In this document: positions 28,849-37,426 of the stretch, one piece after another
Numbering within the stretch: the first letter of the stretch is position 1
How the letters are laid out: each line of letters begins with the position of its first letter
Program-made: the position numbers and the translations under genes
From: a virus
Taxonomy: Duplodnaviria > Caudoviricetes
Virus record (IMG/VR): IMGVR_UViG_3300027373_000207
Location: 1 to 55,792 of that record
Direction: 5' to 3' (one strand)
Length of the DNA stretch: 55,792 nt
The notes under the pieces: generated by a model
What the model saw: only the letters and a program-made list of their open reading frames with translations
What the model was told of the DNA's origin: nothing
The model's database searches: none

Positions 28849-28883
28849 AACTCACTGGAACGAAAAGGCCCATTTGGACGAAA
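28849..28883 (-). promoter_or_regulatory. Repeated 35-bp element, copy 1 (putative phage-sigma promoter)
   Basis: TTTCGTCCAAATGGGCCTTTTCGTTCCAGTGAGTT, just downstream of the sigma gene. Confidence 0.65.
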
Positions 28884-28948
28884 AACAGAAAAACTTTTTT
28901 GAAAAAATCTCCGACCACCGTATAAGGGAGGCCGGAGATCATGTCTAA

Positions 28949-29452
28949 TTAAATGATGTTACCATAATCCTCTCGGAGCAGAGCTTCAACTTTTTCAAGA
29001 CGTGACCTGAAGGTGCTGCGGGGTATTCCGACAAGGTCGGCGATGTCGCGGTCTGATACACCTTCCATGCGAAGCTCTCCGATACGACGAGCTTCGGGAA
29101 AGAGCTTGTCCAGACGATTGAAAAGCTGATCCAGCACCAGCTTGTCCGCAACAACGGATTCGATATCGGCGCTGGGATCCTCTCGCTTGTCCCCCATGAG
29201 CTCCTGCTCGTACTCAAGCGACCAAACATTTCCTGGCGCATGATACGAGCAATCGAGGCAGCAGCCGTCGCAGCGCCATAACTTGCTTCTGGAGCACATA
29301 CACTGGCCGTTTTTCTGTGCTTCTTTCTGAGTGCGCCAGATGGGACGGTAGTATTCATAGTAGAATTCCTTCGTCACCGGGACGAACTGGTGGGTGCTGG
29401 GTATGTAGACCTTGTACTCGCGGTTTTGGTTTTGATTGGCGTTGTTTGACAT
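28949..29452 (-). CDS. ECF-like sigma-70 region 4 protein with a Cys cluster
   Basis: EGVSDRDIADLVGIPRSTFRSR HTH; CMC...CDGCCLDC. Confidence 0.8.
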   Translation of the reverse strand: MSNNANQNQNREYKVYIPSTHQFVPVTKEFYYEYYRPIWRTQKEAQKNGQCMCSRSKLWRCDGCCLDCSYHAPGNVWSLEYEQELMGDKREDPSADIESVVADKLVLDQLFNRLDKLFPEARRIGELRMEGVSDRDIADLVGIPRSTFRSRLEKVEALLREDYGNII

Positions 29453-29498
29453 AAATTATCCTTTCCGCCTGTGTGCGGGTCGGGCGGCAAGGACACAT

Positions 29499-29527
29499 AA
29501 AAAGCCGGTGCTTCGATGTACACCGGC
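29499..29527 (-). terminator. Intrinsic terminator inside the sigma-gene leader
   Basis: GCCGGTG-N10-CACCGGC-TTTTTAT, ending ~45 nt before the ATG. Confidence 0.7.
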
Positions 29528-29694
29528 CACAGTTGCATAAAATGGGCATGGCAAGGCACGGTGGGCACATCTGAGGCTTCAAACACGGCTTCTGCCGTGC
29601 TTGGAACTTCCTATGTATCCCGCCGCCTTAATGCGCATCTCAGGCTTTGAGATTTATTACATTTTCATATTAGCACTGAAATTTTTTGCATAAC

Positions 29695-29709
29695 GGACAC
29701 GTCATGTCC
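29695..29709. promoter_or_regulatory. Palindromic operator-like site GGACA-N5-TGTCC (copy 1)
   Basis: GGACACGTCATGTCC; 14/15 match to the reverse complement of 31264-31278. Confidence 0.6.
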
Positions 29710-29730
29710 AACCAAAATCCGTGAAAATAG

Positions 29731-29785
29731 AAAAAGCCAGAGTTATCTATTTATGCCTTTTATAGGCTTAGTAGATAACTCCGGC
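29731..29785 (-). terminator. Long hairpin terminator after the 62-aa gene
   Basis: GAGTTATCTA...TAGATAACTC stem with a T run on the minus strand. Confidence 0.55.
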
Positions 29786-29831
29786 GGTTTGCTCCTCGAT
29801 TGGTTACGGGGCAGATGGCGGTAGTTTCTGT

Positions 29832-30020
29832 TTATTCGTTAACGGCTATATTCTTTGCTGCTTCTACCTGGTATACTACATCGTCCCAGGAAATCTTTTC
29901 ATACTTGTTCTTATCGGACTTCTTTTCAAGGAAGACCTGGTCTCCTTCGACTATTACGTCACAGAAACGGGGTTGTGTCGCCTTACAGCTGTGGAGGTCA
30001 CGGATCGGGCGTTTTACCAT
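29832..30020 (-). CDS. Small hypothetical protein
   Basis: GAGGGGGTG RBS; co-transcribed with the DUF6076-like gene. Confidence 0.6.
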   Translation of the reverse strand: MVKRPIRDLHSCKATQPRFCDVIVEGDQVFLEKKSDKNKYEKISWDDVVYQVEAAKNIAVNE

Positions 30021-30032
30021 TTAGCCACCCCC

Positions 30033-31085
30033 TCAAAACTGATTGAGCCACTCAAGGAATTCCTCTGTTGTGGCTAACCCGTGCGCCAGCTTATTTCTCC
30101 AGGTTTTTATTTCGGTTGTCAGCTGGTCGAGTTTTGCAGCGGCGTCTGAATCCTCAGGATGTCTGTTCGTCATCATCTTATAGCGCATATACACTTTGCG
30201 GTATTCCTTCGTAGCAGTATCGTTTTTTTCTTTGGTTGCTCTGGTAATTTGGGCTCCGACATCCTTGCAGGTCTTTTCCTTGTTGTCACGCAGAGGGAAA
30301 GAGCAATACACCGAATCCGACCTTCCTTCCGGAACGAAGTAATGACCACAGTTCTTGCACTTGACGATAAGGGCTTCAGTATTGATGCATTGAGCCATTT
30401 CAAAAAGCAGGAGGGAAATGGATGTTTTGATTGTATACAACGATTCAAAGCTGTTTTCGATTCTGATTATTCTGTAGTCGATGTGCTGCGCATCCATAAA
30501 GCTGCCATACATTGCAGATATGAGTTCTATGCTTCGGTCGTGAGTTTCATTCCCGATTTCATTGCTTTCCATTATCTGCGTAAACATATGCTTTGTGATG
30601 ACATAAATGCTTGCGAAATTCAAGTAGCAGGTCAGCAGAAGCTGAAGAACAGTTTCTCCACCAATCTCCGAATAACCCGTGTTCTCAAAAATAAATTCCT
30701 TTACGCTATCATATGTGTTTGTTACAACGTGTTTCTTGTATTCTTCAACTCGGTCAGTCCTTACTGCATTAAACCAGTCTTCAGAGGTATTCATAAATTC
30801 CACGGCTACCATAGTTCCGATTACCGGTGGCAGATTGTCAGTCATCTTTTCTTGAAGCTGCATGAAGGTTTCAACGAAGTTGTCAACTGTTGCCGGTTTA
30901 TCCAAGCTTTCACACGCCATAATAAGGTCCTTCAGTTCCGTGGGAGCCAACCTTGTGTACTCGCAGATGAGACCGCCTATTGGATATTCATCCTGGCATT
31001 TCGGCATCACCATTACATATTTCTTACCATCAAAGGTTACGTGCAGGCCAAAATCAATGTTAGGTTCGTCTTCTCTTGTTATCAT
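30033..31085 (-). CDS. DUF6076-like protein with a C-terminal zinc ribbon
   Basis: KCKNCGHYF...YC...TC..GA; EFLEWL end. Confidence 0.7.
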   Translation of the reverse strand: MITREDEPNIDFGLHVTFDGKKYVMVMPKCQDEYPIGGLICEYTRLAPTELKDLIMACESLDKPATVDNFVETFMQLQEKMTDNLPPVIGTMVAVEFMNTSEDWFNAVRTDRVEEYKKHVVTNTYDSVKEFIFENTGYSEIGGETVLQLLLTCYLNFASIYVITKHMFTQIMESNEIGNETHDRSIELISAMYGSFMDAQHIDYRIIRIENSFESLYTIKTSISLLLFEMAQCINTEALIVKCKNCGHYFVPEGRSDSVYCSFPLRDNKEKTCKDVGAQITRATKEKNDTATKEYRKVYMRYKMMTNRHPEDSDAAAKLDQLTTEIKTWRNKLAHGLATTEEFLEWLNQF

Positions 31086-31153
31086 TTTCTTTTCTCCCCT
31101 TGAAAAAAACTATTGTTAACAATCGGTATCATTTATTTTTGATTGCTAACACT

Positions 31154-31182
31154 AGTATATTACGTAACCACTGTTATGTCAA
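31154..31182 (-). promoter_or_regulatory. Sigma-A promoter for the DUF6076-like gene
   Basis: TTGACA-17 bp-TATACT. Confidence 0.8.
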
Positions 31183-31263
31183 CAATGTTTATGATTTTTT
31201 ATAATTGTTAACATCTGCTCAAAAAAAACACCCACCACGGTTTGTGATGAGTGTGTTCTGACC

Positions 31264-31278
31264 GGACATGCCGTGTCC
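31264..31278. promoter_or_regulatory. Palindromic operator-like site GGACA-N5-TGTCC (copy 2)
   Basis: GGACATGCCGTGTCC, 20 bp after the stop of the peptidase-HTH gene. Confidence 0.6.
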
Positions 31279-31298
31279 GTTTTTTGCCCAAAAAATTT

Positions 31299-33188
31299 TT
31301 AAATTTCTACTCCGTACGGCTCTAAATATTCCCGGACTACCCATATCGGCTCCGGATATTTGATGTACAGAGCCTCGTTTATCCATTGATGGTCGGGATA
31401 CATCATGGGGTTCAGCTTGCAGCCGAGGACCTCTATCAGCTTGAAACTGATCGTAGGAGGGAGGTGGAGTCCGAAGCATATAAGGGCTGCTGTCTCGACA
31501 GTCGGCTTCGTTGTTCCCTTTACTGTCCGACTGATGGTCTTCGGATCACGATCAATTTCAAGGCCAAGATCTGTGTAATTCATGCCGCGCCATTCAAGTA
31601 GAAGTTCCATGCATTGTTCCGGGTCATCGGTCATTTTTTTACGAATCTCCAATTCCTCGGCTTGCACTTTCTTCCGCATAGCCACTTGGCGTTCTTGAGG
31701 AGCATTTTGGTATCCGTTGTGGAATGTGAGTTCAAAAGTAATATCACTCGGCTCACGATTCAAGAAGCACGCTGTATAGTATTCTTCGCCAACATTGCTT
31801 TTTATGTTCATGTCAAAGACGAGGCAGCACTCATCCATATGGGAACGAGCATAATCCGTTAATTCCATCTTGCCGTTTGTATTGTAATTCACATACAGCG
31901 GAGTGTTAAAGACAAAATGGCTGTCTATATACAGATAATCGCCGTTTTCTGTTAGTGAGCGAAGCACAGGATTTTTAAAGCGCTCAATGGCTGCATCCTG
32001 TGCGCCGATAGAAAAGGTCTGATTAATTTTGATAGCGCCTTTTTTGAAACTGTGCGCCTTCACATAGCGGCCATCAATATATGTAAACGTGCCAATGGCT
32101 TCTTCGAAACCGAGCTCAACGAGGCGGATTTTGGTGGCCTGTTTGGAAACGCCGAAGTCCATCATCAAAGCGGTAATGACCATCTCCATTACATCTATGG
32201 AGTGAGGAGCGCGCGTTTCACGCATGAACTTTGCGATATACTCTTTGGCTTTCGCCCTAAATGGACCGGCCGGCATCTGAATTCTTGGAGTCAGTTGATT
32301 TGCTTGCCGTTCCATGTATTCCGTGGCCTTTTTCGCCATTTCGGATTTTGCACCACCGACAACTTCGCAGTTGATGCTAGAGGCTTTGTTATTATATAGT
32401 TTTTCCAGTTCAAAAACCTTACGGTGCATTACCCAATGGACGCATTCATGGACTATGGTGTTGTTCACAGATCCAAGATTACGGAGGAGGTACATCTCCG
32501 GATCTACAACGATTGTTTTTGCATCTACATGGACCCTCTTTGTCGCACAAGTACGAACGTCAAACATTTCGGTGTCACTGTCAACGAAGAAAATCTGTCC
32601 AAATACAGACGCATCCTCTTTGATGCGATGCGTGCTTATTGTCAATCCAAGCCTATTTGCCAGGATGGCAGGGTCAACGTATACTGGCGGCTGACCGCTT
32701 CGTTGAATTTGGAGCGCCTCCGGATAATTATCTTCGAGGAAAGCAGTAGCTACTTCCTCCAATTTATCCTTGGGGATATATGGTACGAGTGCATCTGAAA
32801 GCGAGTTCTCCGGGGCATTATTTTTGCTATACGGCTCAATGTTTGTAATATTCCAATCATCGAGAGCTTGGGACAAGTCTCCCTCGCAGGAGATCCGTAC
32901 CCAAGAGAAACATTCATCGGAGTAGTCGTTGTGGCGGTTCGCCTCAGATACCTCTACTTCAAGTTCCACAGCAATATCAAAGGCAACACGCATTCTAGGA
33001 AGGTCGCTAATATATACACGCTGAATTGTCGCATCTACAAATTCGGCATTTTCAATGTGCTGTACCCGGTTGGAATACAAGTCAAGCCGTTGCCAATTTT
33101 CTTTGACGTATTGAGCAGCGGCGTCGCAAAGGCCGTTATAGCATTTACTTTTTACATATTCAGCAAAAGAACGTCCGGTAGACACCAT
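31299..33188 (-). CDS. ImmA/IrrE-like metallopeptidase fused to a C-terminal XRE-like HTH
   Basis: HECVH...H and ERQAN motifs; C-terminal YTDLGLEIDRDPKTISR HTH; start revised using the promoter position. Confidence 0.78.
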   Translation of the reverse strand: MVSTGRSFAEYVKSKCYNGLCDAAAQYVKENWQRLDLYSNRVQHIENAEFVDATIQRVYISDLPRMRVAFDIAVELEVEVSEANRHNDYSDECFSWVRISCEGDLSQALDDWNITNIEPYSKNNAPENSLSDALVPYIPKDKLEEVATAFLEDNYPEALQIQRSGQPPVYVDPAILANRLGLTISTHRIKEDASVFGQIFFVDSDTEMFDVRTCATKRVHVDAKTIVVDPEMYLLRNLGSVNNTIVHECVHWVMHRKVFELEKLYNNKASSINCEVVGGAKSEMAKKATEYMERQANQLTPRIQMPAGPFRAKAKEYIAKFMRETRAPHSIDVMEMVITALMMDFGVSKQATKIRLVELGFEEAIGTFTYIDGRYVKAHSFKKGAIKINQTFSIGAQDAAIERFKNPVLRSLTENGDYLYIDSHFVFNTPLYVNYNTNGKMELTDYARSHMDECCLVFDMNIKSNVGEEYYTACFLNREPSDITFELTFHNGYQNAPQERQVAMRKKVQAEELEIRKKMTDDPEQCMELLLEWRGMNYTDLGLEIDRDPKTISRTVKGTTKPTVETAALICFGLHLPPTISFKLIEVLGCKLNPMMYPDHQWINEALYIKYPEPIWVVREYLEPYGVEI

Positions 33189-33219
33189 ATTGCAGCCCTT
33201 CCAGTACAAGATGTATAAC

Positions 33220-33318
33220 ATTATAGCACTTAGAAGAGAAAAAATCAATAATTAGCATCAAAATTTCATGCGTTCGTAAAGAAAAAGCATTGAATTTAAT
33301 ACTAGTTTGTGGTATATT
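33220..33318. promoter_or_regulatory. Divergent sigma-A promoter pair
   Basis: Minus: TTGATT-17-TATAAT (33248-33220); plus: TTGAAT-17-TATATT (33290-33318); both have TG extensions. Confidence 0.7.
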
Positions 33319-33362
33319 TATTTAGACCTTATTATGACCACCATTGGGGAGAGGTGATTACG

Positions 33363-33578
33363 ATGGCTATAAGTTATAAAAAACTCTGGAAATTGTTAAT
33401 TGACAAAGACATGAAGAAAAAGGATCTGCAAAAGCTTGCAGGTGTCAGTTCTGCATCAATTACTAAACTTGGAAAAAGTGAGAATGTAAATACGGATGTT
33501 TTGGTTAAAATTTGCCGAGCGTTGGACTGTGACGTGTCAGATATTATGGAAATCGTTTCAGATGATGAAGAGAAGTAA
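33363..33578 (+). CDS. Cro/C1-type HTH regulator (HTH_26-like)
   Basis: ISYKKLWKLLIDKDM...KICRALDC..SDIME. Confidence 0.88.
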   Translation: MAISYKKLWKLLIDKDMKKKDLQKLAGVSSASITKLGKSENVNTDVLVKICRALDCDVSDIMEIVSDDEEK

Positions 33579-33621
33579 GATAAATATAGCGGCATAAGCC
33601 GTTGGATTGGTGATTAAAACA

Positions 33622-35430
33622 ATGAACAAACTTGACACATTTTTTATATCGAAAGAGCAACCTTGGGTAAAACTCTATAACATGGATTTACCGTCAACTA
33701 GGGGTGGCTTTTTTTATAATACATTTGCTTACCCAACAAAAATCTCTCCAGAATCCATAGCTATCTATATAGCTGCACATACAAAGCCAGGTGATACGGT
33801 TTTGGATGTATTTGGAGGTAGTGGTTCTACTGGAATAGCGGCTCTTATGTGTGAGCATCCAACGGAATCCATGAAGATACTGGCGAAGAAATTCAACTTT
33901 CAGCCCGAATGGGGCGCAAGGAATGCTCTCGTCTATGAGATTGGAAAATATGGAGCATTTGCCTCACAAGTAATGGCAAACCCACCTGAACAGAAGTTGT
34001 TTACTAAAGCTGTAAAAAATTTGTTGGATACAATGGAAGATGAGTTGCCAAATTATAATACAAAAGATGAAGAAGGAAATAGGGGCGTTATTCGCCATAT
34101 AATCTATTCGGATATAGTTCTGTGCTCTCACTGTGGTAAGGAGTTTACATATTATGCAGGAATGGTACGTTATGACCCGCTTAGAATAGACGGTGATGGC
34201 ATATGCCCTCTCTGTGGGCACAAAGGTAAAGCATCTGACTTTGAATATGTTACAGAAGAAATATATGATAACTTACTTGATAAATCGATAACACGAAGAA
34301 AACGTGTACCGGTTAGAGTTTACGGGCAGACTGGTCGGAATAAGTGGGTACGGGAGGCCAACGAAACTGATATCGAACAATTCAAAGCCGCAGAGGCTTT
34401 GGAATACCCACGTTCATATGAAGCTCAAAAGATTGTGTGGGGAGAATTGTACCGCTCTGGTTACCATACAGGTATCTCGCACTTGCACCATTTCTACACC
34501 AAGAGGAACTTCCTTGTCATGTATTTGTTGTGGGAAAAGGCAGATGAGTTTGAACCTAAGATACGCAATGCAATTAGATTGCTTCTTCTGAGTTACAATG
34601 CCTCACATGCGACTTTAATGACGCGGGTTGTTGTCAAGAAGAATTCTAAGGACTTTGTATTGACCAGTGCGCAAAGCGGGGTTCTTTATATTAGTAGTTT
34701 ACCAGTTGAAAAGAACATTCTCACGGGTGTCAGGCGTAAGCTTAAATCTTTTGAAGATGCCTTCACTTATTTGAATCACTGTACTGGACATTTTGATGTG
34801 ATCAACAAAAGCAGTCAGCACTTAACTCAGCCAGATGAATCCATAGACTATGTGTTTACTGACCCACCATTCGGTGACTTTATCCCATATGCTGAAGTGA
34901 ATCAAATTAACGAGCTATGGATTGGAGAACCAACCAACCGTGCAGATGAGATTATCATAAGTCAGTCCCAGAAAAAAGATGTACCTTGCTATCGGAAGAT
35001 GATGACTGAGGTTTTTGGTGAAATGAAGCGGGTTCTGAAAGACGATGCATTTGCGACTGTCGTGTTCCATTCGTCGAAGGCGGTAGTCTGGAACGCACTA
35101 TGTACAGCTTATTCTGACGCTGGCTTCTCCGTTGAAGCTACGACTTCGCTGGATAAATGTCAGGCAAGTTTCAAACAAGTTGTTTCAGAGGGATCTGTCC
35201 AAGGTGACCCGTTAATTCTTTTATCAAAGGGTAAAGGCATACATTCGTCTTTGCATTCACAAGCAATACTTGATGAAGTCATTGAAAATGATGATTCAGA
35301 CACTGCAAAGAACGAGCGGCAGATTTATGCAAAATATATTGGAAAATGCCTGAAGCGTGGTATAGAAGTAGAATTTGATGCAAAAACCGCCTATGACTAT
35401 ATAGCGCGTAAAATGGAGGCGGTCAAATGA
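33622..35430 (+). CDS. Amino-DNA methyltransferase with a Zn-finger insert
   Basis: YPTKISP, LDVFGGSGSTG (SAM), CSHC/CPLC, VFTDPPF (catalytic). Confidence 0.85.
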   Translation: MNKLDTFFISKEQPWVKLYNMDLPSTRGGFFYNTFAYPTKISPESIAIYIAAHTKPGDTVLDVFGGSGSTGIAALMCEHPTESMKILAKKFNFQPEWGARNALVYEIGKYGAFASQVMANPPEQKLFTKAVKNLLDTMEDELPNYNTKDEEGNRGVIRHIIYSDIVLCSHCGKEFTYYAGMVRYDPLRIDGDGICPLCGHKGKASDFEYVTEEIYDNLLDKSITRRKRVPVRVYGQTGRNKWVREANETDIEQFKAAEALEYPRSYEAQKIVWGELYRSGYHTGISHLHHFYTKRNFLVMYLLWEKADEFEPKIRNAIRLLLLSYNASHATLMTRVVVKKNSKDFVLTSAQSGVLYISSLPVEKNILTGVRRKLKSFEDAFTYLNHCTGHFDVINKSSQHLTQPDESIDYVFTDPPFGDFIPYAEVNQINELWIGEPTNRADEIIISQSQKKDVPCYRKMMTEVFGEMKRVLKDDAFATVVFHSSKAVVWNALCTAYSDAGFSVEATTSLDKCQASFKQVVSEGSVQGDPLILLSKGKGIHSSLHSQAILDEVIENDDSDTAKNERQIYAKYIGKCLKRGIEVEFDAKTAYDYIARKMEAVK

Positions 35431-37406
35431 CGGATGCTATAACGAAAAAACGTCTTGGACAGTACTTTTCAGGCAACAAGGTAGCCAACCTGCTGATCAA
35501 CCTCTGTTCATTGACAGGCGGAGAGTTTGTCATTGACCCGATGGCCGGGGTTGGAGATATGCTCACTGCAGCTATTCAATCAGGGATACCGACCGAGAAG
35601 ATAAGCGGAATTGAGATCGATCCTGATGCCGGAAGTCTGTGCATGAAAAGAATTGCTCCGGGCAATGTTTATATAGGAGATGCTTTTTCAACCGAACCTT
35701 ACTTAGCCTTGAGACGCATGGCTTGGGATTTGGTAATCACCAACCCACCATATGTTCGTTATCAGTCCATGGGTAGATTTGAAAGTGATGGCATTTGTCT
35801 GAAAAGCGCAAAAGAAACGCGTCGGAGCCTCAGCGAGCTGGTGGATGAGATAAGCCATCTTGATGACGATGAAAAGGTATGTTTTCAGCAGATCATTCAA
35901 AACTACTCTGGGTTGTCCGATCTTGCGGTTCCCGCGTGGATTCTTTGTTCAGCATTAGCGCAAGTAGGTGGACGGATTGCTATGGTTGTGCCAGAGTCTT
36001 GGATCAGCCGTGATTATGCGTTGTCCATAAAATATATGTTGTTGAAGTTCTTTGATATTGAGTATATCGTTGAAGATTTGAATTCGGTGTGGTTTCCCGA
36101 TGCACTGGTTAAAACGAATCTTTTTGTCGCAAAACGAGTGCCTTACAAAGAAAGCCTTAATGAAATTGGGGATTCAGTATATAAGCATATCAGGCTCGGT
36201 GCCGGATTGATTGGTGAGGATAGCCTGGTTCAGAAGTTATCGATTAACGGGAAAGAAGGATATGCAGCGCTCGATAACCTTCTGCATTCCAATTGTGATG
36301 TTTCCGGAGAAGACTTTGAAATCAGACAGATTCACCTCGGTACCTTCCTTTCGGAAATGTCTACTTCGAAAGTCTATGAGAAGTTGTTAACAAAACTGGA
36401 GCCTAACACAAAAAATTTGACAAAGACATGCATTCCCAAGGAACTGCAAGAGGTAATCGGGGGCGACATTCCTTCGACCAACCTAACAGAACTTGGAGCT
36501 TGGGGTTTTCAGGTCGGACAGGGTTTAAGAACAGGTGCAAATAAGTTCTTTTACACAGAGCATTCAAGGAGTGAGGGGTCTGTTGATTATCTTGTTGCAG
36601 ACAAGGTTTTTAAAGAAAGAATCGTTCCAGTTGCACAGAAGTACTTGTTACCTGCTTTTCGTTATCAGAGCGATGCTCGCGATGGATTAGTGATTTCAAA
36701 ATCCATGCTTCCTCATAGGTTGCTTTATATTCAGGAGGATATTTATAACACTAATGGCCATATACAGGATGACGCAGATGCACCGTTAGCTGAACATATC
36801 TCCATTGCTGAGAATACCCCTATCGAGAGTAAAGGACAGCGTACATCCTTTCCTGAATTAAGTGCTGTGAAGCCGAACATACGGAATACCGAGACCCCAG
36901 GAGGTATAATGCGCCGTCATTGGTTTATGATTCCTGTTCTTACTAATAGGCATATGCCGCAACTTTGCATCTCACGCGTGAACTATAAAAATGCCAGATG
37001 CTGTTTGATTGCTGATGAGGGCATCGTTGTAGATGCAAACTTTTCGACGCTTTGGGTGGTAACAGGAGGTAAGCAACAAGTATATGCGATGTTTGCGCTC
37101 CTGAATTCAACCTGGACTCTAAGTTATTTGGAAACAATCGCCACGGAGATGGGCGGAGGCGCACTGAAGGTGGAGGCGTCACACATTCGAAAGCTACTGT
37201 TGCCTCTTCCGACAGATGAGTTGATTTCATCATTATCCCATCTCGGGAAACGCCTTGCCGAAGGGAACTCTCCCGAGAATAGCAATACTATAGCCGAAAT
37301 TGATTACGCAGTATTAAGTTCGTTGTTAGGTAGTTCAAATTCCCATGAAAAGTGTGTTGCATTACGAATCTATCTGCAGTCAAAGGTTAATTCTCGGCAA
37401 CGCTAA
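35427..37406 (+). CDS. Gamma-class N6-adenine DNA methyltransferase with TRD
   Basis: LGQYFS, IDPMAGVG, ITNPPY, GGGALK. Confidence 0.85.
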   Translation: MTDAITKKRLGQYFSGNKVANLLINLCSLTGGEFVIDPMAGVGDMLTAAIQSGIPTEKISGIEIDPDAGSLCMKRIAPGNVYIGDAFSTEPYLALRRMAWDLVITNPPYVRYQSMGRFESDGICLKSAKETRRSLSELVDEISHLDDDEKVCFQQIIQNYSGLSDLAVPAWILCSALAQVGGRIAMVVPESWISRDYALSIKYMLLKFFDIEYIVEDLNSVWFPDALVKTNLFVAKRVPYKESLNEIGDSVYKHIRLGAGLIGEDSLVQKLSINGKEGYAALDNLLHSNCDVSGEDFEIRQIHLGTFLSEMSTSKVYEKLLTKLEPNTKNLTKTCIPKELQEVIGGDIPSTNLTELGAWGFQVGQGLRTGANKFFYTEHSRSEGSVDYLVADKVFKERIVPVAQKYLLPAFRYQSDARDGLVISKSMLPHRLLYIQEDIYNTNGHIQDDADAPLAEHISIAENTPIESKGQRTSFPELSAVKPNIRNTETPGGIMRRHWFMIPVLTNRHMPQLCISRVNYKNARCCLIADEGIVVDANFSTLWVVTGGKQQVYAMFALLNSTWTLSYLETIATEMGGGALKVEASHIRKLLLPLPTDELISSLSHLGKRLAEGNSPENSNTIAEIDYAVLSSLLGSSNSHEKCVALRIYLQSKVNSRQR

Positions 37407-37426
37407 TGGATTAAGGAGGAAGCGTT

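Larger units (their letters stand above)
1..33248 (-). mobile_element. Siphovirus-like prophage (regulation, replication, packaging, head, tail); continues beyond the left edge
   Basis: Co-oriented minus-strand genes in canonical temperate-phage order; no lysis or integrase gene in the window. Confidence 0.93.

Noticed and set aside
30159-31103. 314-aa plus-strand ORF
   Set aside because: Antisense shadow of the DUF6076-like gene; no motifs or RBS
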